Source of the DNA: Spirochaetota bacterium | GTDB lineage: Bacteria; Spirochaetota; UBA4802; JAFGDQ01 | Direction: 5' to 3' | DNA length: 64,000 nucleotides | Assembly (NCBI GenBank): GCA_016932015.1 | Contig: JAFGDQ010000037.1 | Span: 19,918-83,917, forward strand | Shown: one piece after another, positions 45,601 to 55,696 of the stretch | How positions within the stretch are numbered: the stretch's first letter is position 1 | How the letters are laid out: the number at the start of each line of letters is the position of its first letter | The notes under the pieces: generated by a model | Told to the model about the DNA's origin: nothing | The model's input: only the letters and a program-made list of their open reading frames with translations | Database searches by the model: none | Made by a program: the position numbers and the translations under genes

Positions 45601-46871
45601 TGTATACCTAACCTGTGAAGTGTCGGTGCTCTGTTAAGCAGAACAGGATGCCCGGTAATTACAGTTTCAAGAACTTCCCATACTTCAGGCCGCTCATTCT
45701 CAACCATTTTTTTTGCTGATTTAATATTCTGTACATAATCTTTATCAACAAGCTTCTTCATGATAAACGGTTTAAAAAGCTCAAGAGCCATTTTCTTGGG
45801 TAAACCGCACTGATGAAGCTTCAGTTCAGGCCCGATAACAATAACAGATCTTCCTGAATAGTCTACCCTTTTGCCGAGTAGATTCTGTCTGAAACGTCCC
45901 TGTTTTCCTTTAAGCATATCGCTTAGTGATTTTAGCGGTCTGTTTCCTTTACCCTTTACAGCTTTCTTCCTTCTGCTGTTGTCGAATAATGCGTCAACAG
46001 ATTCCTGAAGCATTCTCTTTTCACTGCGTACAATAATATCCGGAGCTCTTAAAGACATCAGTCTCTTGAGTCGATTATTTCTGTTAATAACACGTCTATA
46101 AAGATCATTCAAATCGGAAGTTGCAAAACGTCTTCCGTCAAGCTGAACCATAGGTCTTAGTTCCGGCGGGATGACAGGAACTGTATCAAGTATCATCCAT
46201 TCCGGCCTGTTGCCTGAATCTCTTAAAGCTTCAATTATTTCAAGTCTCTTAATCTGCTTTTTATCGACTTTGGATTCTTTATCAAGTATTTCCGCTCTCA
46301 GATTTTTAGCTTCTTCATTAAGGTCAATTTTAATAAGCATTTCCTTAATAGCTGCGGCGCCGAGATCTGCTATAAATGTATCGCCTTCCTGCTCATAATA
46401 ATAGTTATAGGCATCTTCATCAATCAGATCGCCTTCTTTAAGGTCAGTATTCCCCGGTTCAATAACAACGTATTTTTCATAATAAAGAACAGACTTCAGC
46501 TCATTTACGCTCATATTTAAAAGCAGGCCCATTCTTGATGGAACAGATCTGTAATACCATATATGAGCAACCGGAAAAGCAAGCTCAATATGACCGCCGC
46601 GTTCTCTTCTTACCTTGTAATGAGTAACTTCAACACCGCATCGGTCACAGACAACGCCTTTATATCTTATTGATTTAAACTTACCGCAATAGCACTCCCA
46701 CTCTTTGGTAGTGCCGAATATTTTTTCACAGAACAGCCCGTCTCTTTCCGGCTTTAATGTTCTGTAGTTTATTGTTTCGGGCTTTTTTACTTCACCAAAT
46801 GACCATTCCCTGATCATATCAGGAGAAGCTAATTTGATTTGTATTGAATCAAAATCATTAAAATCCCTCAT
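42648..46871 (-). CDS. rpoC: DNA-directed RNA polymerase subunit beta'
   Basis: 1407 aa; NADFDGD catalytic motif; zinc-binding Cys clusters. Confidence 0.95.
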   Translation of the reverse strand: MRDFNDFDSIQIKLASPDMIREWSFGEVKKPETINYRTLKPERDGLFCEKIFGTTKEWECYCGKFKSIRYKGVVCDRCGVEVTHYKVRRERGGHIELAFPVAHIWYYRSVPSRMGLLLNMSVNELKSVLYYEKYVVIEPGNTDLKEGDLIDEDAYNYYYEQEGDTFIADLGAAAIKEMLIKIDLNEEAKNLRAEILDKESKVDKKQIKRLEIIEALRDSGNRPEWMILDTVPVIPPELRPMVQLDGRRFATSDLNDLYRRVINRNNRLKRLMSLRAPDIIVRSEKRMLQESVDALFDNSRRKKAVKGKGNRPLKSLSDMLKGKQGRFRQNLLGKRVDYSGRSVIVIGPELKLHQCGLPKKMALELFKPFIMKKLVDKDYVQNIKSAKKMVENERPEVWEVLETVITGHPVLLNRAPTLHRLGIQAFEPKLVEGKAIRLHPLVCHAYNADFDGDQMAVHVPLSPRAQLECWILMLASNNLLSPANGQPVTIPSQDIVLGICYLTSEFTPEVGVELKYFDNEADVLKAVDYGQIKLRTRIKYLIDEEFLETTPGRLIFNKILPEGYPYINSTVTDKDLSHLISNIFRKFGHSVTVETLDRIKETGYKYATYFGSTISISDITIPEEKEALIGEADKKVEQIENEYRSGFITDEERYNRVVNVWTTANEKVSDITFERLSQEQDGFNNINMMAFSGARGSKQQIRQLAGMRGLMAKPSGEIIDVPIRSNFKEGLNVLEYFISTNGARKGLADTALKTADAGYLTRRLVDIAQDVVITMEDCGTTVGIDIQPIKEGDESIETLGERVLGRTLLYDLIHPVTGEIIYKADDIIDEEAADLIDELNIDTIEIRSVLTCEAEHGVCAKCYGRNLANAQAVDIGEAVGIIAAQSIGQPGTQLTMRTFHIGGIASSSVEENEIKLAYPVYLKELTSRTVKTDDKKVITVRRGYLIVQRVINEFNIKTNAEVLVNDGDKIYTGAAVLNDPKDGKTEVTKSGVVKIDKKKLFILGDLHSIPINVGTEISVKPDKIYERNTVLATFDPWLEPIITEVTGKVKFVDLELHKTLREEIDPQTTVAQRIITEYKAEKLQPRVEIYTPSSEEPITYLLPGGAHLIINEDDNVKAGTVIAKIPRAAGKTKDITGGLPRVAELFEARIPKDAATLSELDGEVVIGDTVKNKRKVVIKGENGVQKEYSIAASKFLRVQDGDWINRGEKIDDGPVDPHDILIIKGPRELQKFLVNEIQEVYRLQGVGINDKHIEVIVRQMLRKVRLTDPGDTSFIIEQIIDKFDFIKENERVIQEGGKPATAVPVLMGITKSALNTDSFISAASFQETTKVLTDAAIKGKVDNLRGLKENVIIGHLIPAGTGVREYKAVSVYREVPGDLDGSSSPEIEPEIEEEVKIDMESEAETEA

Positions 46872-46945
46872 TATTTTTCCTTTGCCTTAATTATAAAATT
46901 TTATAATATTTTCCAGAATCAGGCTGCAAACAGCGAACACTGTAC

Positions 46946-49900
46946 CTATATATTATTTAAAGTATCCAACTTGATTTTTCTTTTTGCCCTGTCAAAACCT
47001 TCACTCCACTCAGACAGACTGATCTCATGGCTGTCACTGCCGTAAATCCTTACATCCAGAGCCAGACCTCTCAGTTCCTGAACAAGAACGTTGAATGATT
47101 CCGGAATACCTGGAGTCGTGGAATTCATACCTTTGACAATTGCTTCATATACCCTTGCTCTTCCCAGCATATCATCCGATTTAACTGTTAACAGCTCCTG
47201 CAAAGTATATGCAGCTCCATATGCTTCAAGCGCCCATACTTCCATCTCTCCAAGTCGCTGGCCGCCGAACTGGGCTTTTCCTCCAAGCGGCTGCTGAGTA
47301 ACCAGTGAATACGGTCCGGTAGATCTTGCATGAATTTTATCGTCAACCATATGAGCCAGTTTAAGCATATATACATATCCAACCATTACCTTTTCTTCAA
47401 AAGGATGGCCGGTTCTGCCGTCATAAAGAACGGTTTTTGAATCCGGAGGAAGATTAGCTTTTTCTTTGTATTCTTTAATTTCCTCTTCAGTAACACCGTC
47501 AAAAATCGGAGTTTCCACCAGAATATCAAGCTCTTTAGCAGCCCACCCCAGTTCAGCTTCAAGCAGCTGGCCAAGATTCATTCGGGAAGGAACAGAAAGC
47601 GGATTCAAAACTATATCAACAGGCCTGCCGTCAGGCATATACGGCATATCATTTTCAGGTACTATCGTGGAAATAACACCTTTATTCCCGTGACGTCCGG
47701 CCATTTTATCTCCAACAGATATTTTTCTTTTGGAGGCAATGTATACTTTAACTAGTTCTTCCACGCCGGGAGCGAGTTCATCCCCGTCTTCCCTTGAAAA
47801 TCTTTTCACATCAATTATAATACCTTCAATACCGTTCGGAACTCTCAGAGAGGTATCACGAACCTCTCTTGCTTTTTCTCCAAAAATTGAATGCAGAAGT
47901 TTATACTCAGGAGTCAGGTCCTCTTCTCCCTTTGGAGTAACCTTGCCAACAAGAATATCATCCGGCATCACATATGCACCGATTCTGACAATTCCGTCAG
48001 AGTCAAGATCCCTGAATGCCTTTTCGCTTAAATTCGGGATATCCTTGCTAATTACTTCCCTTCCGAGTTTTGTTTCCCTCGCTTCAATTTCGAACTGTTC
48101 TATATGAACTGAAGTGTAAATATCTTCTTTTACAAGTCTTTCTGAAATAACAATTGCATCTTCATAATTATATCCCATCCATGGCATAAAAGCAACGAGA
48201 ATATTCTTTCCAAGCGCAAGCCGGCCGTTGTCTACAGCAGGACCGTCGGCAATAAGCTCGCCTGCTTTTATTTTCTGACCAAGAACCACAACCGGCCTTT
48301 GATTGAAACAGGTTCCCTGATTGGTCCGTTTAAATTTTAAAAGGTCATATGTATCAATATCATCTTTTCCGACTTTTATCTGAACCTGCTTTGCGTCAAC
48401 ATAGCAGACCTCTCCGGCTCTTTTAGCTATGACAACTACTCCCGAATCATACGCAGCAGCTTTCTCAATACCGGTACCGATCAAAGGAGCTTCCTCAACA
48501 AGCAGCGGCACTGCCTGACGCTGCATATTTGATCCCATCAAGGCCCTGTTGGCATCATCATGCTCAAGGAACGGAATAAGGCTTGTTGAAATAGAAAAGA
48601 TCTGTGACGGAGAAACGTCCATATAACCGATTTCCTGAGGTTTCTTGTAAGGGAAGTTACCCCTGTTACGGCAAGCAACCAGATTCCTCAAGAATTTACC
48701 GTCTTCATCAATAATTGCATTTGCCTGTGCGATAAAATGTTTATCTTCTTCATCGGCAGTTAAATATTCAATTTTATCAATAACTCTGCCGTTTTCAACG
48801 CGGTTATATGGAGTTTCCATAAACCCATATTCATTTATACGGGAATAAGCACTCATGGAAACAATAAGACCAATATTAGGACCTTCAGGAGTTTCAATAG
48901 GACACATTCTTCCATAATGAGAAGGGTGAACGTCCCTTACTTCAAAACCTGCTCTTTCTCTTGAAAGCCCGCCAGGGCCCAATGCATTAAGTCTTCTTTT
49001 ATGAGTCAGTTCAGCCAGCGGATTAGTCTGGTCCATAAACTGGGACAACTGGCTTGAACCGAAAAATTCATTTATAACAGCTGTAATAGGCTTTATGCTG
49101 ATCAAAGCCTGCGGAGTAGCGACATCAAGATCCTGAATGGTCATCCTTTCTTTAATAACTCTTTCAGTTCTTTGAAATCCGATTTTAATCTGATTCATTA
49201 TGAGTTCGCCTACAGATCTGATGCGTCTGTTACCGAGATGGTCAATATCATCAAGATAAAAGCCTTCAGCTTCTGCAATCAGGTTAATCATATACTTAAT
49301 TGAATAGATAATATCTTCTATTCTTAAAGTGGAATTAGTGATTTCCTCATTATTGAATCCGAATTTTTTGTTAATTTTATATCTTCCGACAGAGCCAAGG
49401 TTGTAAGTTCGCTCATTAAAAAATAATCTGTCCAGCTCTGACCTGGCATTATCAATATTGGAAGGCTCCCCGGGCCTCATAAGAGAATGAAGCTTAACAA
49501 TTGCTTCTTCAGAATCAGCACAGCCGTCTTTCTCCAGAGATGTAATCAGGTAAGTATTATCCTTATTACCGGGAAAATTAATTATTTCAAGTTCTTTTAT
49601 ATCTTCTTCTTTCAACCTGTCCAGAATATCTATTGTTATTCTGTCACCGACTTCAAGAATTACTTCACCATCCGATTTACTGAAAACATCTTTTATTACT
49701 CTTTTGCCGATTATATTTTTATAGCTTTCTTCATCCTTCAGTTTTACTTTTTCAGATTCATAAAATAAATTCAGAACTTCTTCGCTTGTATTATAGCCAA
49801 GAGCCTTTACAAGAAGAGTTATGGGAAATTTCTTTTTCCTGTCAATCCTGGCTACAATAAGGCCTTTTGTATCCATTTCAAACTCAAGCCATGAGCCTTT

Positions 49901-50398
49901 ATCCGGAATAACTCTTACACTGTAAGCTCTTTCTTTTTCATCGTAGAAGAAAAAAATACCAGGTGATCTGTGAAGCTGATTTACCACTACCCTTTCAGTA
50001 CCATTAATAATAAAGGTACCTCTTGCAGTCATCAGGGGCATATCACCCATATAAACAGTCTGCTCCCTGACTTCCATACTATCCTTTTTAATTAGCCTGA
50101 TAGCTGCTTTCAGAGGCGCAGCAAAACTGGCGTCTCGTTCCTTACATTCCACTTCACTGTACTTCGGCGTTCCGATTTCATAATCAACGAATTCAAGAAC
50201 AACATCTTCGTGAGGACTTTCTATAGGAAAGATTTCAGTAAAAACTGACTGCAGACCCTGTATTTTTCTTTTATTCGGGGGGACATCAGCTTGAAGAAAC
50301 CAATCGTACGATTGTAATTGAACTTCTATCAGATTAGGAAGATTAATTCTGGTTTTAATTTTCCCGAAATTTACTTCCTTCATTTTCTTCTTTTGCAT
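46946..50398 (-). CDS. rpoB: DNA-directed RNA polymerase subunit beta
   Basis: 1150 aa; conserved beta-subunit regions. Confidence 0.95.
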   Translation of the reverse strand: MQKKKMKEVNFGKIKTRINLPNLIEVQLQSYDWFLQADVPPNKRKIQGLQSVFTEIFPIESPHEDVVLEFVDYEIGTPKYSEVECKERDASFAAPLKAAIRLIKKDSMEVREQTVYMGDMPLMTARGTFIINGTERVVVNQLHRSPGIFFFYDEKERAYSVRVIPDKGSWLEFEMDTKGLIVARIDRKKKFPITLLVKALGYNTSEEVLNLFYESEKVKLKDEESYKNIIGKRVIKDVFSKSDGEVILEVGDRITIDILDRLKEEDIKELEIINFPGNKDNTYLITSLEKDGCADSEEAIVKLHSLMRPGEPSNIDNARSELDRLFFNERTYNLGSVGRYKINKKFGFNNEEITNSTLRIEDIIYSIKYMINLIAEAEGFYLDDIDHLGNRRIRSVGELIMNQIKIGFQRTERVIKERMTIQDLDVATPQALISIKPITAVINEFFGSSQLSQFMDQTNPLAELTHKRRLNALGPGGLSRERAGFEVRDVHPSHYGRMCPIETPEGPNIGLIVSMSAYSRINEYGFMETPYNRVENGRVIDKIEYLTADEEDKHFIAQANAIIDEDGKFLRNLVACRNRGNFPYKKPQEIGYMDVSPSQIFSISTSLIPFLEHDDANRALMGSNMQRQAVPLLVEEAPLIGTGIEKAAAYDSGVVVIAKRAGEVCYVDAKQVQIKVGKDDIDTYDLLKFKRTNQGTCFNQRPVVVLGQKIKAGELIADGPAVDNGRLALGKNILVAFMPWMGYNYEDAIVISERLVKEDIYTSVHIEQFEIEARETKLGREVISKDIPNLSEKAFRDLDSDGIVRIGAYVMPDDILVGKVTPKGEEDLTPEYKLLHSIFGEKAREVRDTSLRVPNGIEGIIIDVKRFSREDGDELAPGVEELVKVYIASKRKISVGDKMAGRHGNKGVISTIVPENDMPYMPDGRPVDIVLNPLSVPSRMNLGQLLEAELGWAAKELDILVETPIFDGVTEEEIKEYKEKANLPPDSKTVLYDGRTGHPFEEKVMVGYVYMLKLAHMVDDKIHARSTGPYSLVTQQPLGGKAQFGGQRLGEMEVWALEAYGAAYTLQELLTVKSDDMLGRARVYEAIVKGMNSTTPGIPESFNVLVQELRGLALDVRIYGSDSHEISLSEWSEGFDRAKRKIKLDTLNNI

Positions 50399-50442
50399 AT
50401 ATCCCTTCTAAAATTAATATTCTCTCTAATTTGTAAAGTCAT

Positions 50443-50477
50443 AGTATTGCAATATTAAAAATTAATACTGCAATACT
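50443..50477 (-). promoter_or_regulatory. candidate rplL-rpoB intercistronic attenuator/processing hairpin
   Basis: 14-bp imperfect inverted repeat agtattgcaatatt/aatactgcaatact in the 137-bp rplL-rpoB spacer; an attenuator and RNase III site at this position is established in E. coli. Confidence 0.3.
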
Positions 50478-50535
50478 AATCCATAACTAAAGTAAAAAAA
50501 AAGCTTTGCTTCCTGAAATCGGTCTTTGAACTGAA

Positions 50536-50922
50536 CTATTTAAGTTCAACTGTTGCACCAGCCTCTTCCAACTGAGCCTTAATTTTTTCTGCTTCTTCTT
50601 TTGAAGCTTTTTCTTTAACTGCTTTTCCGCCAGCTTCAACAAGATCTTTTGCTTCTTTAAGACCGAGTCCGGTTATTGCTCTGACTTCTTTAATAACATT
50701 TATCTTTTTGTCGCCGTGGCTTACAAGAATAACGTCAAATTCAGTTTTCTCATCTTCCTGGCTTTCAGCGCCGCCACCTGCACCAGGGGCTGCTGCAATT
50801 GCAACAGGGGCTGCTGCAGATACACCGAATTTTTCTTCCATTGCCTTAACCAGGTCAGATGCCTCAATCAAAGTAAGAGCTCCTATGCCCTCAAGCAGTT
50901 CATCTACTGTAAGTTTTGCCAT
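50536..50922 (-). CDS. rplL: 50S ribosomal protein L7/L12
   Basis: track ORF runs to 51003, but the L7/L12 N-terminus [12 protein letters not shown] starts at the ATG at 50920-50922, preceded by an AGGAG RBS; 128 aa; Ala/Gly hinge. Confidence 0.9.
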   Translation of the reverse strand: MAKLTVDELLEGIGALTLIEASDLVKAMEEKFGVSAAAPVAIAAAPGAGGGAESQEDEKTEFDVILVSHGDKKINVIKEVRAITGLGLKEAKDLVEAGGKAVKEKASKEEAEKIKAQLEEAGATVELK

Positions 50923-51124
50923 TTTTATCTCCTTAAAATAATAGTGTTTTTTTACATAGTGGAATTTTCTTTCAAAAACTCTATATACTACAAATACCAG
51001 CATATATAAGCCGTACTACTCCGGTTTATAATGCTGATATTAAATCACTATATGCCCTTTTAAATTCAAATTATTCTTTCATTACCCGAAAGAAATCCGG
51101 CTGTTAAAATAAAGCCGGATTTAA

Positions 51125-51643
51125 TTATTGTGCGTTCTTCTCAGCAACCGCTTTAATCCCTCTAGCCAAAGAGGATATAACCTGATTTGAAACCATTGCT
51201 ATGCCTGTTGCAGGCGCATTAAGCAGCGACATGATCTGCGCAATAAGAACTTCTTTGGAAGGTATATCTGCAATCTTGTTTATCTGCTCTTCATTATAAA
51301 CAACATTTGACATTATACCAAGAGAAAAACTGAATTTTTCCTCTTCCTTCTTAAAATCTTTTAGAATTTTTGCTATTTCGCCAAGGTCTTCCGTTGAGAA
51401 TACAACGCCTATAGGCCCTTTCAAAAATTTGTCAACTTCAATATAACCGGCGTCTTTCAGCGCTTTTTTGAATAACCTGTTCTTTACAACCTTGTAATCA
51501 GCTCCTTTTTCACGAAGCTTGCTTCTTAAGGTATCAAGAGTACTGACTTTAATTCCGGAATAATTAGTAAAAATAAGATTATTTTTTACACTTAATTTCT
51601 GAACTAATTCCTGAACTTTATCTATTTTCTGTTGTTTAAGCAT
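51125..51643 (-). CDS. rplJ: 50S ribosomal protein L10
   Basis: 172 aa. Confidence 0.9.
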   Translation of the reverse strand: MLKQQKIDKVQELVQKLSVKNNLIFTNYSGIKVSTLDTLRSKLREKGADYKVVKNRLFKKALKDAGYIEVDKFLKGPIGVVFSTEDLGEIAKILKDFKKEEEKFSFSLGIMSNVVYNEEQINKIADIPSKEVLIAQIMSLLNAPATGIAMVSNQVISSLARGIKAVAEKNAQ

Positions 51644-52326
51644 TATCTATCTATTCCTTTATGATTTATTTTAATCCCGGGACCCATTGTTGATGAGACA
51701 AAAAGGGATTTTATATAATTTCCCTTTGCGTCCGAAGGTTTATCTTTAACCAGCTGACTATAGAAAGACTTTATATTTTCAATTATCTTGTCGTCGTCAA
51801 AAGAAGCTTTACCTATACCCATATGAACAACGCCGCCTTTATCGGCTTTGTATTCTACTCTTCCACCTTTCAAGGCCTTAACAATACCTTTTAAATCCTC
51901 AGTAACAGTTCCGGCTTTAGGCTTTGGCATCAGGCCTTTTTTACCGAGAATAGGGCCGAGCTTTCCGACTTCTTTCATCATTGCGGGTGTGGCCACTACA
52001 GCCTGGAAATCCAACCAGCCTTCTTTTATTTTCTCGATAACATCTTCAGCTCCCACATAATCCGCACCGGCCTCTTTTGCTTCATTTTGCTTATCACCCT
52101 TACATATAACGAGCACCTTGACATCCTTTCCCGTTCCAAAAGGCAATGTTACAGATCCTCTTATATTCTGATAGCTTTTATGAATAATTTTAACCGCAAC
52201 TTCGATACTTTCATCAAATTTCACATATTTTACTTCTTTCAGCAGTTTCACTGCATCATTAAGTTCATAGGAAATATCACGGTTAACTTTATTCTTTGCG
52301 TTAATTATATTTTTTCCGTGTTTCAT
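51643..52326 (-). CDS. rplA: 50S ribosomal protein L1
   Basis: 227 aa. Confidence 0.92.
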   Translation of the reverse strand: MKHGKNIINAKNKVNRDISYELNDAVKLLKEVKYVKFDESIEVAVKIIHKSYQNIRGSVTLPFGTGKDVKVLVICKGDKQNEAKEAGADYVGAEDVIEKIKEGWLDFQAVVATPAMMKEVGKLGPILGKKGLMPKPKAGTVTEDLKGIVKALKGGRVEYKADKGGVVHMGIGKASFDDDKIIENIKSFYSQLVKDKPSDAKGNYIKSLFVSSTMGPGIKINHKGIDR

Positions 52327-52489
52327 CTCAAGACTCCTCTAATTGGTCCGCATTTATCAATATTAAAATTACTATAACTGGCTCATGGCAGATAAATTGA
52401 TTATTCAGCAATCTGAAATTCACATCATCGCCGGAGGTTTTAAATTATGATAATTTATTTACTAACTTAATTGTCATCAAACAAAAAAA

Positions 52490-52924
52490 TTAATCAATTA
52501 CATCCACACCCATTGACCTTGCAGTACCGGCAATAATTTTTACAGCAGCATCAATATCATTTGCGTTTATGTCCGGCATTTTTACGTTAGCTATTTCTTC
52601 TAACTGAGATCTTTTTATCTCCCCTACTTTAACCCTGTTAGGTTCGCTTGAACCTTTATCAAGTTTGAGCGTTTTTTTAATCAAAACAGAGGCAGGTGGT
52701 GTTTTTATAATAAATGAATAAGACCTGTCTTCATATACAGAAATCACAACAGGCAATATAAGTCCCTGATTTTCCTTTGTTTTTTCATTAAAAGCCTTGC
52801 AAAACTCCATTATATTCAAACCATGCTGCCCCAGTGCAGGACCAACAGGTGGAGCAGGATTCGCTTCTCCGCCCGGAATCTGTAACTTGATTTGAGTTAC
52901 AACTTCCTTTTTTTTCTTTGCCAT
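52490..52924 (-). CDS. rplK: 50S ribosomal protein L11
   Basis: 144 aa; PPVGPALG motif. Confidence 0.92.
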   Translation of the reverse strand: MAKKKKEVVTQIKLQIPGGEANPAPPVGPALGQHGLNIMEFCKAFNEKTKENQGLILPVVISVYEDRSYSFIIKTPPASVLIKKTLKLDKGSSEPNRVKVGEIKRSQLEEIANVKMPDINANDIDAAVKIIAGTARSMGVDVID

Positions 52925-53038
52925 ATAAAATCACCCTTCTTAAATATAATATATGCCTGTTTGCGATTTGTCATTCCGGCATTAAACCACTGACAACAAC
53001 CGCATAAATACCACAGCATTTACCACTTGATGCATATT

Positions 53039-53581
53039 TTAAATTTTTCCGACCTGGAGATAATCAAGTTCAACCGGTGTGCCGCGTCCGAAAATCTCAA
53101 CTTTAACCCGGACTCTACCCTTCTCAGGATAAACTTCTTCAATAACCCCGTTAAAATTATTAAACGGGCCATCAATAACTTTTACATGCTCACCTACAGA
53201 GAAATCAATTTCCGCAGATACACGCTCTTTACTTTTCTCATGGCTTTCAAGATCAAAAAGAGCATTCACTTCGCTTTTTGTAAGCGGTTTAGGCTTTTTA
53301 TTACCATAAGCGCCGACAAAATTTGTCACGCCAGGTACGCCCTTTACAAATGACCACGTTTCATCGCAAAATTCCATTTCAATAACTATGTAACCCGGAA
53401 AAAATTTCTTTATTTTAACTTTCTTTTTCCCGTCCTTGATTTCAGGAACTTCAACAGTAGGAATTTTAACCTGAAATATCTTGTCTGCCAGACCTGCATT
53501 TTCTATCGTTTTTTCCAGAGCCTGCTTTACTTTATTCTCATGCCCGGAATACGTATGTACTACATACCATTCTTTTGCCAT
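53039..53581 (-). CDS. nusG: transcription termination/antitermination factor NusG
   Basis: 180 aa; NGN domain plus C-terminal KOW. Confidence 0.9.
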   Translation of the reverse strand: MAKEWYVVHTYSGHENKVKQALEKTIENAGLADKIFQVKIPTVEVPEIKDGKKKVKIKKFFPGYIVIEMEFCDETWSFVKGVPGVTNFVGAYGNKKPKPLTKSEVNALFDLESHEKSKERVSAEIDFSVGEHVKVIDGPFNNFNGVIEEVYPEKGRVRVKVEIFGRGTPVELDYLQVGKI

Positions 53582-53582
53582 C

Positions 53583-53777
53583 TTAATACATCACAGCTTT
53601 CATTAATGTTGTCAGAGAGGTATCAACAACCCAAAGAAACACAGATACCACTACGACAGCAACAATTACAACAATTGTATTGCTGGTTATCTCATCTCTT
53701 TCCGGCCAGGTTACTTTTTTTAGCTCGTCACGTGCTTCCTTTATAAAAGTAACAACCTGATTTATAGGCTTAATCAT
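53583..53777 (-). CDS. secE: preprotein translocase subunit SecE
   Basis: 64 aa; single C-terminal TM helix; synteny before nusG. Confidence 0.85.
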   Translation of the reverse strand: MIKPINQVVTFIKEARDELKKVTWPERDEITSNTIVVIVAVVVVSVFLWVVDTSLTTLMKAVMY

Positions 53778-53816
53778 AAGTCCAGTATCCCCTGCGTATA
53801 GGAAATTATAAAAATA

Positions 53817-53969
53817 CTATGCTTTCGTTTCCTTATGCTCAGTATATTTATTACAAAATTTACAGTATTTATTCACGCTGAATTTTCCAGAGTGAAGTTT
53901 TTTGTTCTTTGTTGTAGAATAATTTTTTCTTTTACAGTCGCCGCATTGCAATAAAATAATGTCTCTCAT
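53817..53969 (-). CDS. rpmG: 50S ribosomal protein L33 (zinc-ribbon form)
   Basis: not in ORF track; hand-translated MRDIILLQCGDCKRKNYSTTKNKKLHSGKFSVNKYCKFCNKYTEHKETKA (50 aa); YSTTKNK core of L33 and CxxC..CxxC. Confidence 0.8.
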   Translation of the reverse strand: MRDIILLQCGDCKRKNYSTTKNKKLHSGKFSVNKYCKFCNKYTEHKETKA

Positions 53970-54009
53970 TAGTAAGACCTTTCACAAATATTTATTTGAT
54001 TTTATGATT

Positions 54010-54049
54010 TAAAATGAAACAAAATAAGAGCAAATTATAATTTGCTCTT
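54010..54049 (-). terminator. rho-independent terminator between tRNA-Thr and rpmG
   Basis: hairpin aagagcaaat/atttgctctt (54026-54049), followed on the minus strand by a U-rich tract (cttattttgtttcatttt). Confidence 0.5.
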
Positions 54050-54144
54050 TCCCAGTCAAGCAATTAATAAAAAAAGTAGTTAATTACTGTTTTTTTATTG
54101 TTGTGGATTAATTTTTGCAAAGTGTTTGACGGTAGAGCTTTCAA

Positions 54145-54217
54145 AGCCCACGACCAGGATCGAACTGGTGACCTTTTGCTTACCATGCAAATGCTCTACC
54201 GACTGAGCTACGTGGGC
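54145..54217 (-). tRNA. tRNA-Thr (anticodon GGU)
   Basis: 73-nt cloverleaf parsed by hand: acceptor GCCCACG/CGTGGGC, D arm GCTC-AGTCGGTA-GAGC, anticodon arm TTTGC-ATGGTAA-GCAAA, T arm ACCAG-TTCGATC-CTGGT; CCA not encoded. Confidence 0.85.
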
Positions 54218-54320
54218 AATCCTGGTATTTTATTCCATCGTCTTTATATTTAGGAAAGTAAAAATATGTCAAGAATGTTTTTCCATTTTTATTCAGAAAT
54301 ACAAAGAAAAAAGTACAGGT

Positions 54321-55226
54321 TTATTCCTGATTCTCAATAACAAATGAAGATATGTCCTTATCCCGCAGCAGACTCTTAATTTTGCTTGCCTGCCCTTTTG
54401 TTCCGATTTTATTTACCCTGACCTTATACAGATCATTTTCGCTGAAAACTGTAACAGGATTATCAACAATTTCTTCAATCTTTTTCTGTAATCTTTCTGC
54501 ATTTCTTCTTGAATAAAAAGCTCCTGCCTGTATTGAATAAGCATCCCCGGCATAAGAAGAAGTGCTATTCTCATCTTCGCTATAAAAATCTTCCTCTTTC
54601 TCATCATATGCAACAGCTACAACAGAATTTTTCCCATTTAAATCTGCAGCTTTATTATCAGTTAAGCCGCCTTTTCCGAGTATGGAAATACCTACTTTAG
54701 CTTCTCCAGAAGCCAGTATTCCCAGTTTCCTGGCTGCCGCATATGATAAATCAATTATTCTGCCGTCTCTATACGGCCCCCGGTCATTTACAGTTACATT
54801 GACATAATTTCCATTTTCAAGATTCTTTACAACAAGCTGGGTACCGAAAGGTAATTTTTTATGTGCTGCTGTTAATCTGTTCATATCAAATTTCTCTCCG
54901 GAAGCAGTTTTTCTCCCGTGAAATTCCCTGCCGTACCAGGATGCGTATCCGGTTTGATAATAAGCATTGCTTTCATTACAGGAATTATTTCTGTCCTCTT
55001 TTGTTGAAGATGCAGCATCATATGTAAACTCAGAATCATTTTCAAATTCATCGTATGAATATTTTTCTGAATTTTTGTCATTTTGAGGCATTTCATTAAT
55101 ATTACGGCTGCCCTGATCCGGATTATTATTTTTCACAAAAGCTTTATTGGGTGCGCATGCGGTTATTAGCGCAAAGATCAGCAAAATTCCAGCAAGAATC
55201 GCCATTCCGCGTATTAATTTTATCAT
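54321..55226 (-). CDS. rlpA: septal ring lytic transglycosylase RlpA-like lipoprotein (DPBB + SPOR domains)
   Basis: 301 aa; lipoprotein signal ...LITAC; double-psi beta-barrel YQTGYASWYG..GRKTASGE; C-terminal SPOR domain. Confidence 0.85.
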   Translation of the reverse strand: MIKLIRGMAILAGILLIFALITACAPNKAFVKNNNPDQGSRNINEMPQNDKNSEKYSYDEFENDSEFTYDAASSTKEDRNNSCNESNAYYQTGYASWYGREFHGRKTASGEKFDMNRLTAAHKKLPFGTQLVVKNLENGNYVNVTVNDRGPYRDGRIIDLSYAAARKLGILASGEAKVGISILGKGGLTDNKAADLNGKNSVVAVAYDEKEEDFYSEDENSTSSYAGDAYSIQAGAFYSRRNAERLQKKIEEIVDNPVTVFSENDLYKVRVNKIGTKGQASKIKSLLRDKDISSFVIENQE

Positions 55227-55696
55227 TTTCTTACCTCCACTATTTCAATCTATTTCTTATATCGGAATTGAAATCAATTGCCTTAACTTAAAACCTTATT
55301 ATATTATTTAAATTCACATGTAAAATTGGTCCTTGTAATTTTTTCTCCCGATATTGTCCGGGAAGAATTTACTGTCTGGCATTAAATTTCATTTTTATTT
55401 ATTTATTTTATTTCGGTGAATTGTCTTAAAAATTTTTCAGGATTCTTTTCATCGAAACAAATTCGGCATATTCTTTTACTTAATTTCCCAATATTTTATA
55501 AATTGCTTGCAGCAATCCCGTAAAAGTCTTGATATTTTTCCGGTCATAATAGAAAAATCCTATTATTCTTTATGAGACATAATATTATCTGATTTAATAT
55601 TTCGAATGCTGCAGTGAATAAATCCGGTTTTTTTACAGATTTATGAATTATTGAACATTATTATTACAATCATATAAATATCTGAAGGTTCTGTTA

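Noticed and set aside
43201-50018. Numerous 60-134-aa ORFs on both strands inside rpoC and rpoB
   Set aside because: They are fully embedded in long, highly conserved genes on the minus strand, with no RBS and non-protein-like composition. They are chance ORFs in AT-rich DNA.
50923-51003. 27-codon N-terminal extension of the rplL track ORF ([27 protein letters not shown])
   Set aside because: L7/L12 starts universally at MAKLT-like sequence. The internal ATG at 50922 has an AGGAG RBS, and the extension is hydrophobic junk.
41481-55321. 10-mer aaattcacat recurs at about 41481, 52431 and 55311
   Set aside because: About 0.65 occurrences are expected by chance for this AT-rich 10-mer in 128 kb of two-strand sequence. 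Three copies is only marginally enriched, and the flanks do not align, so I do not call it a shared regulatory motif.
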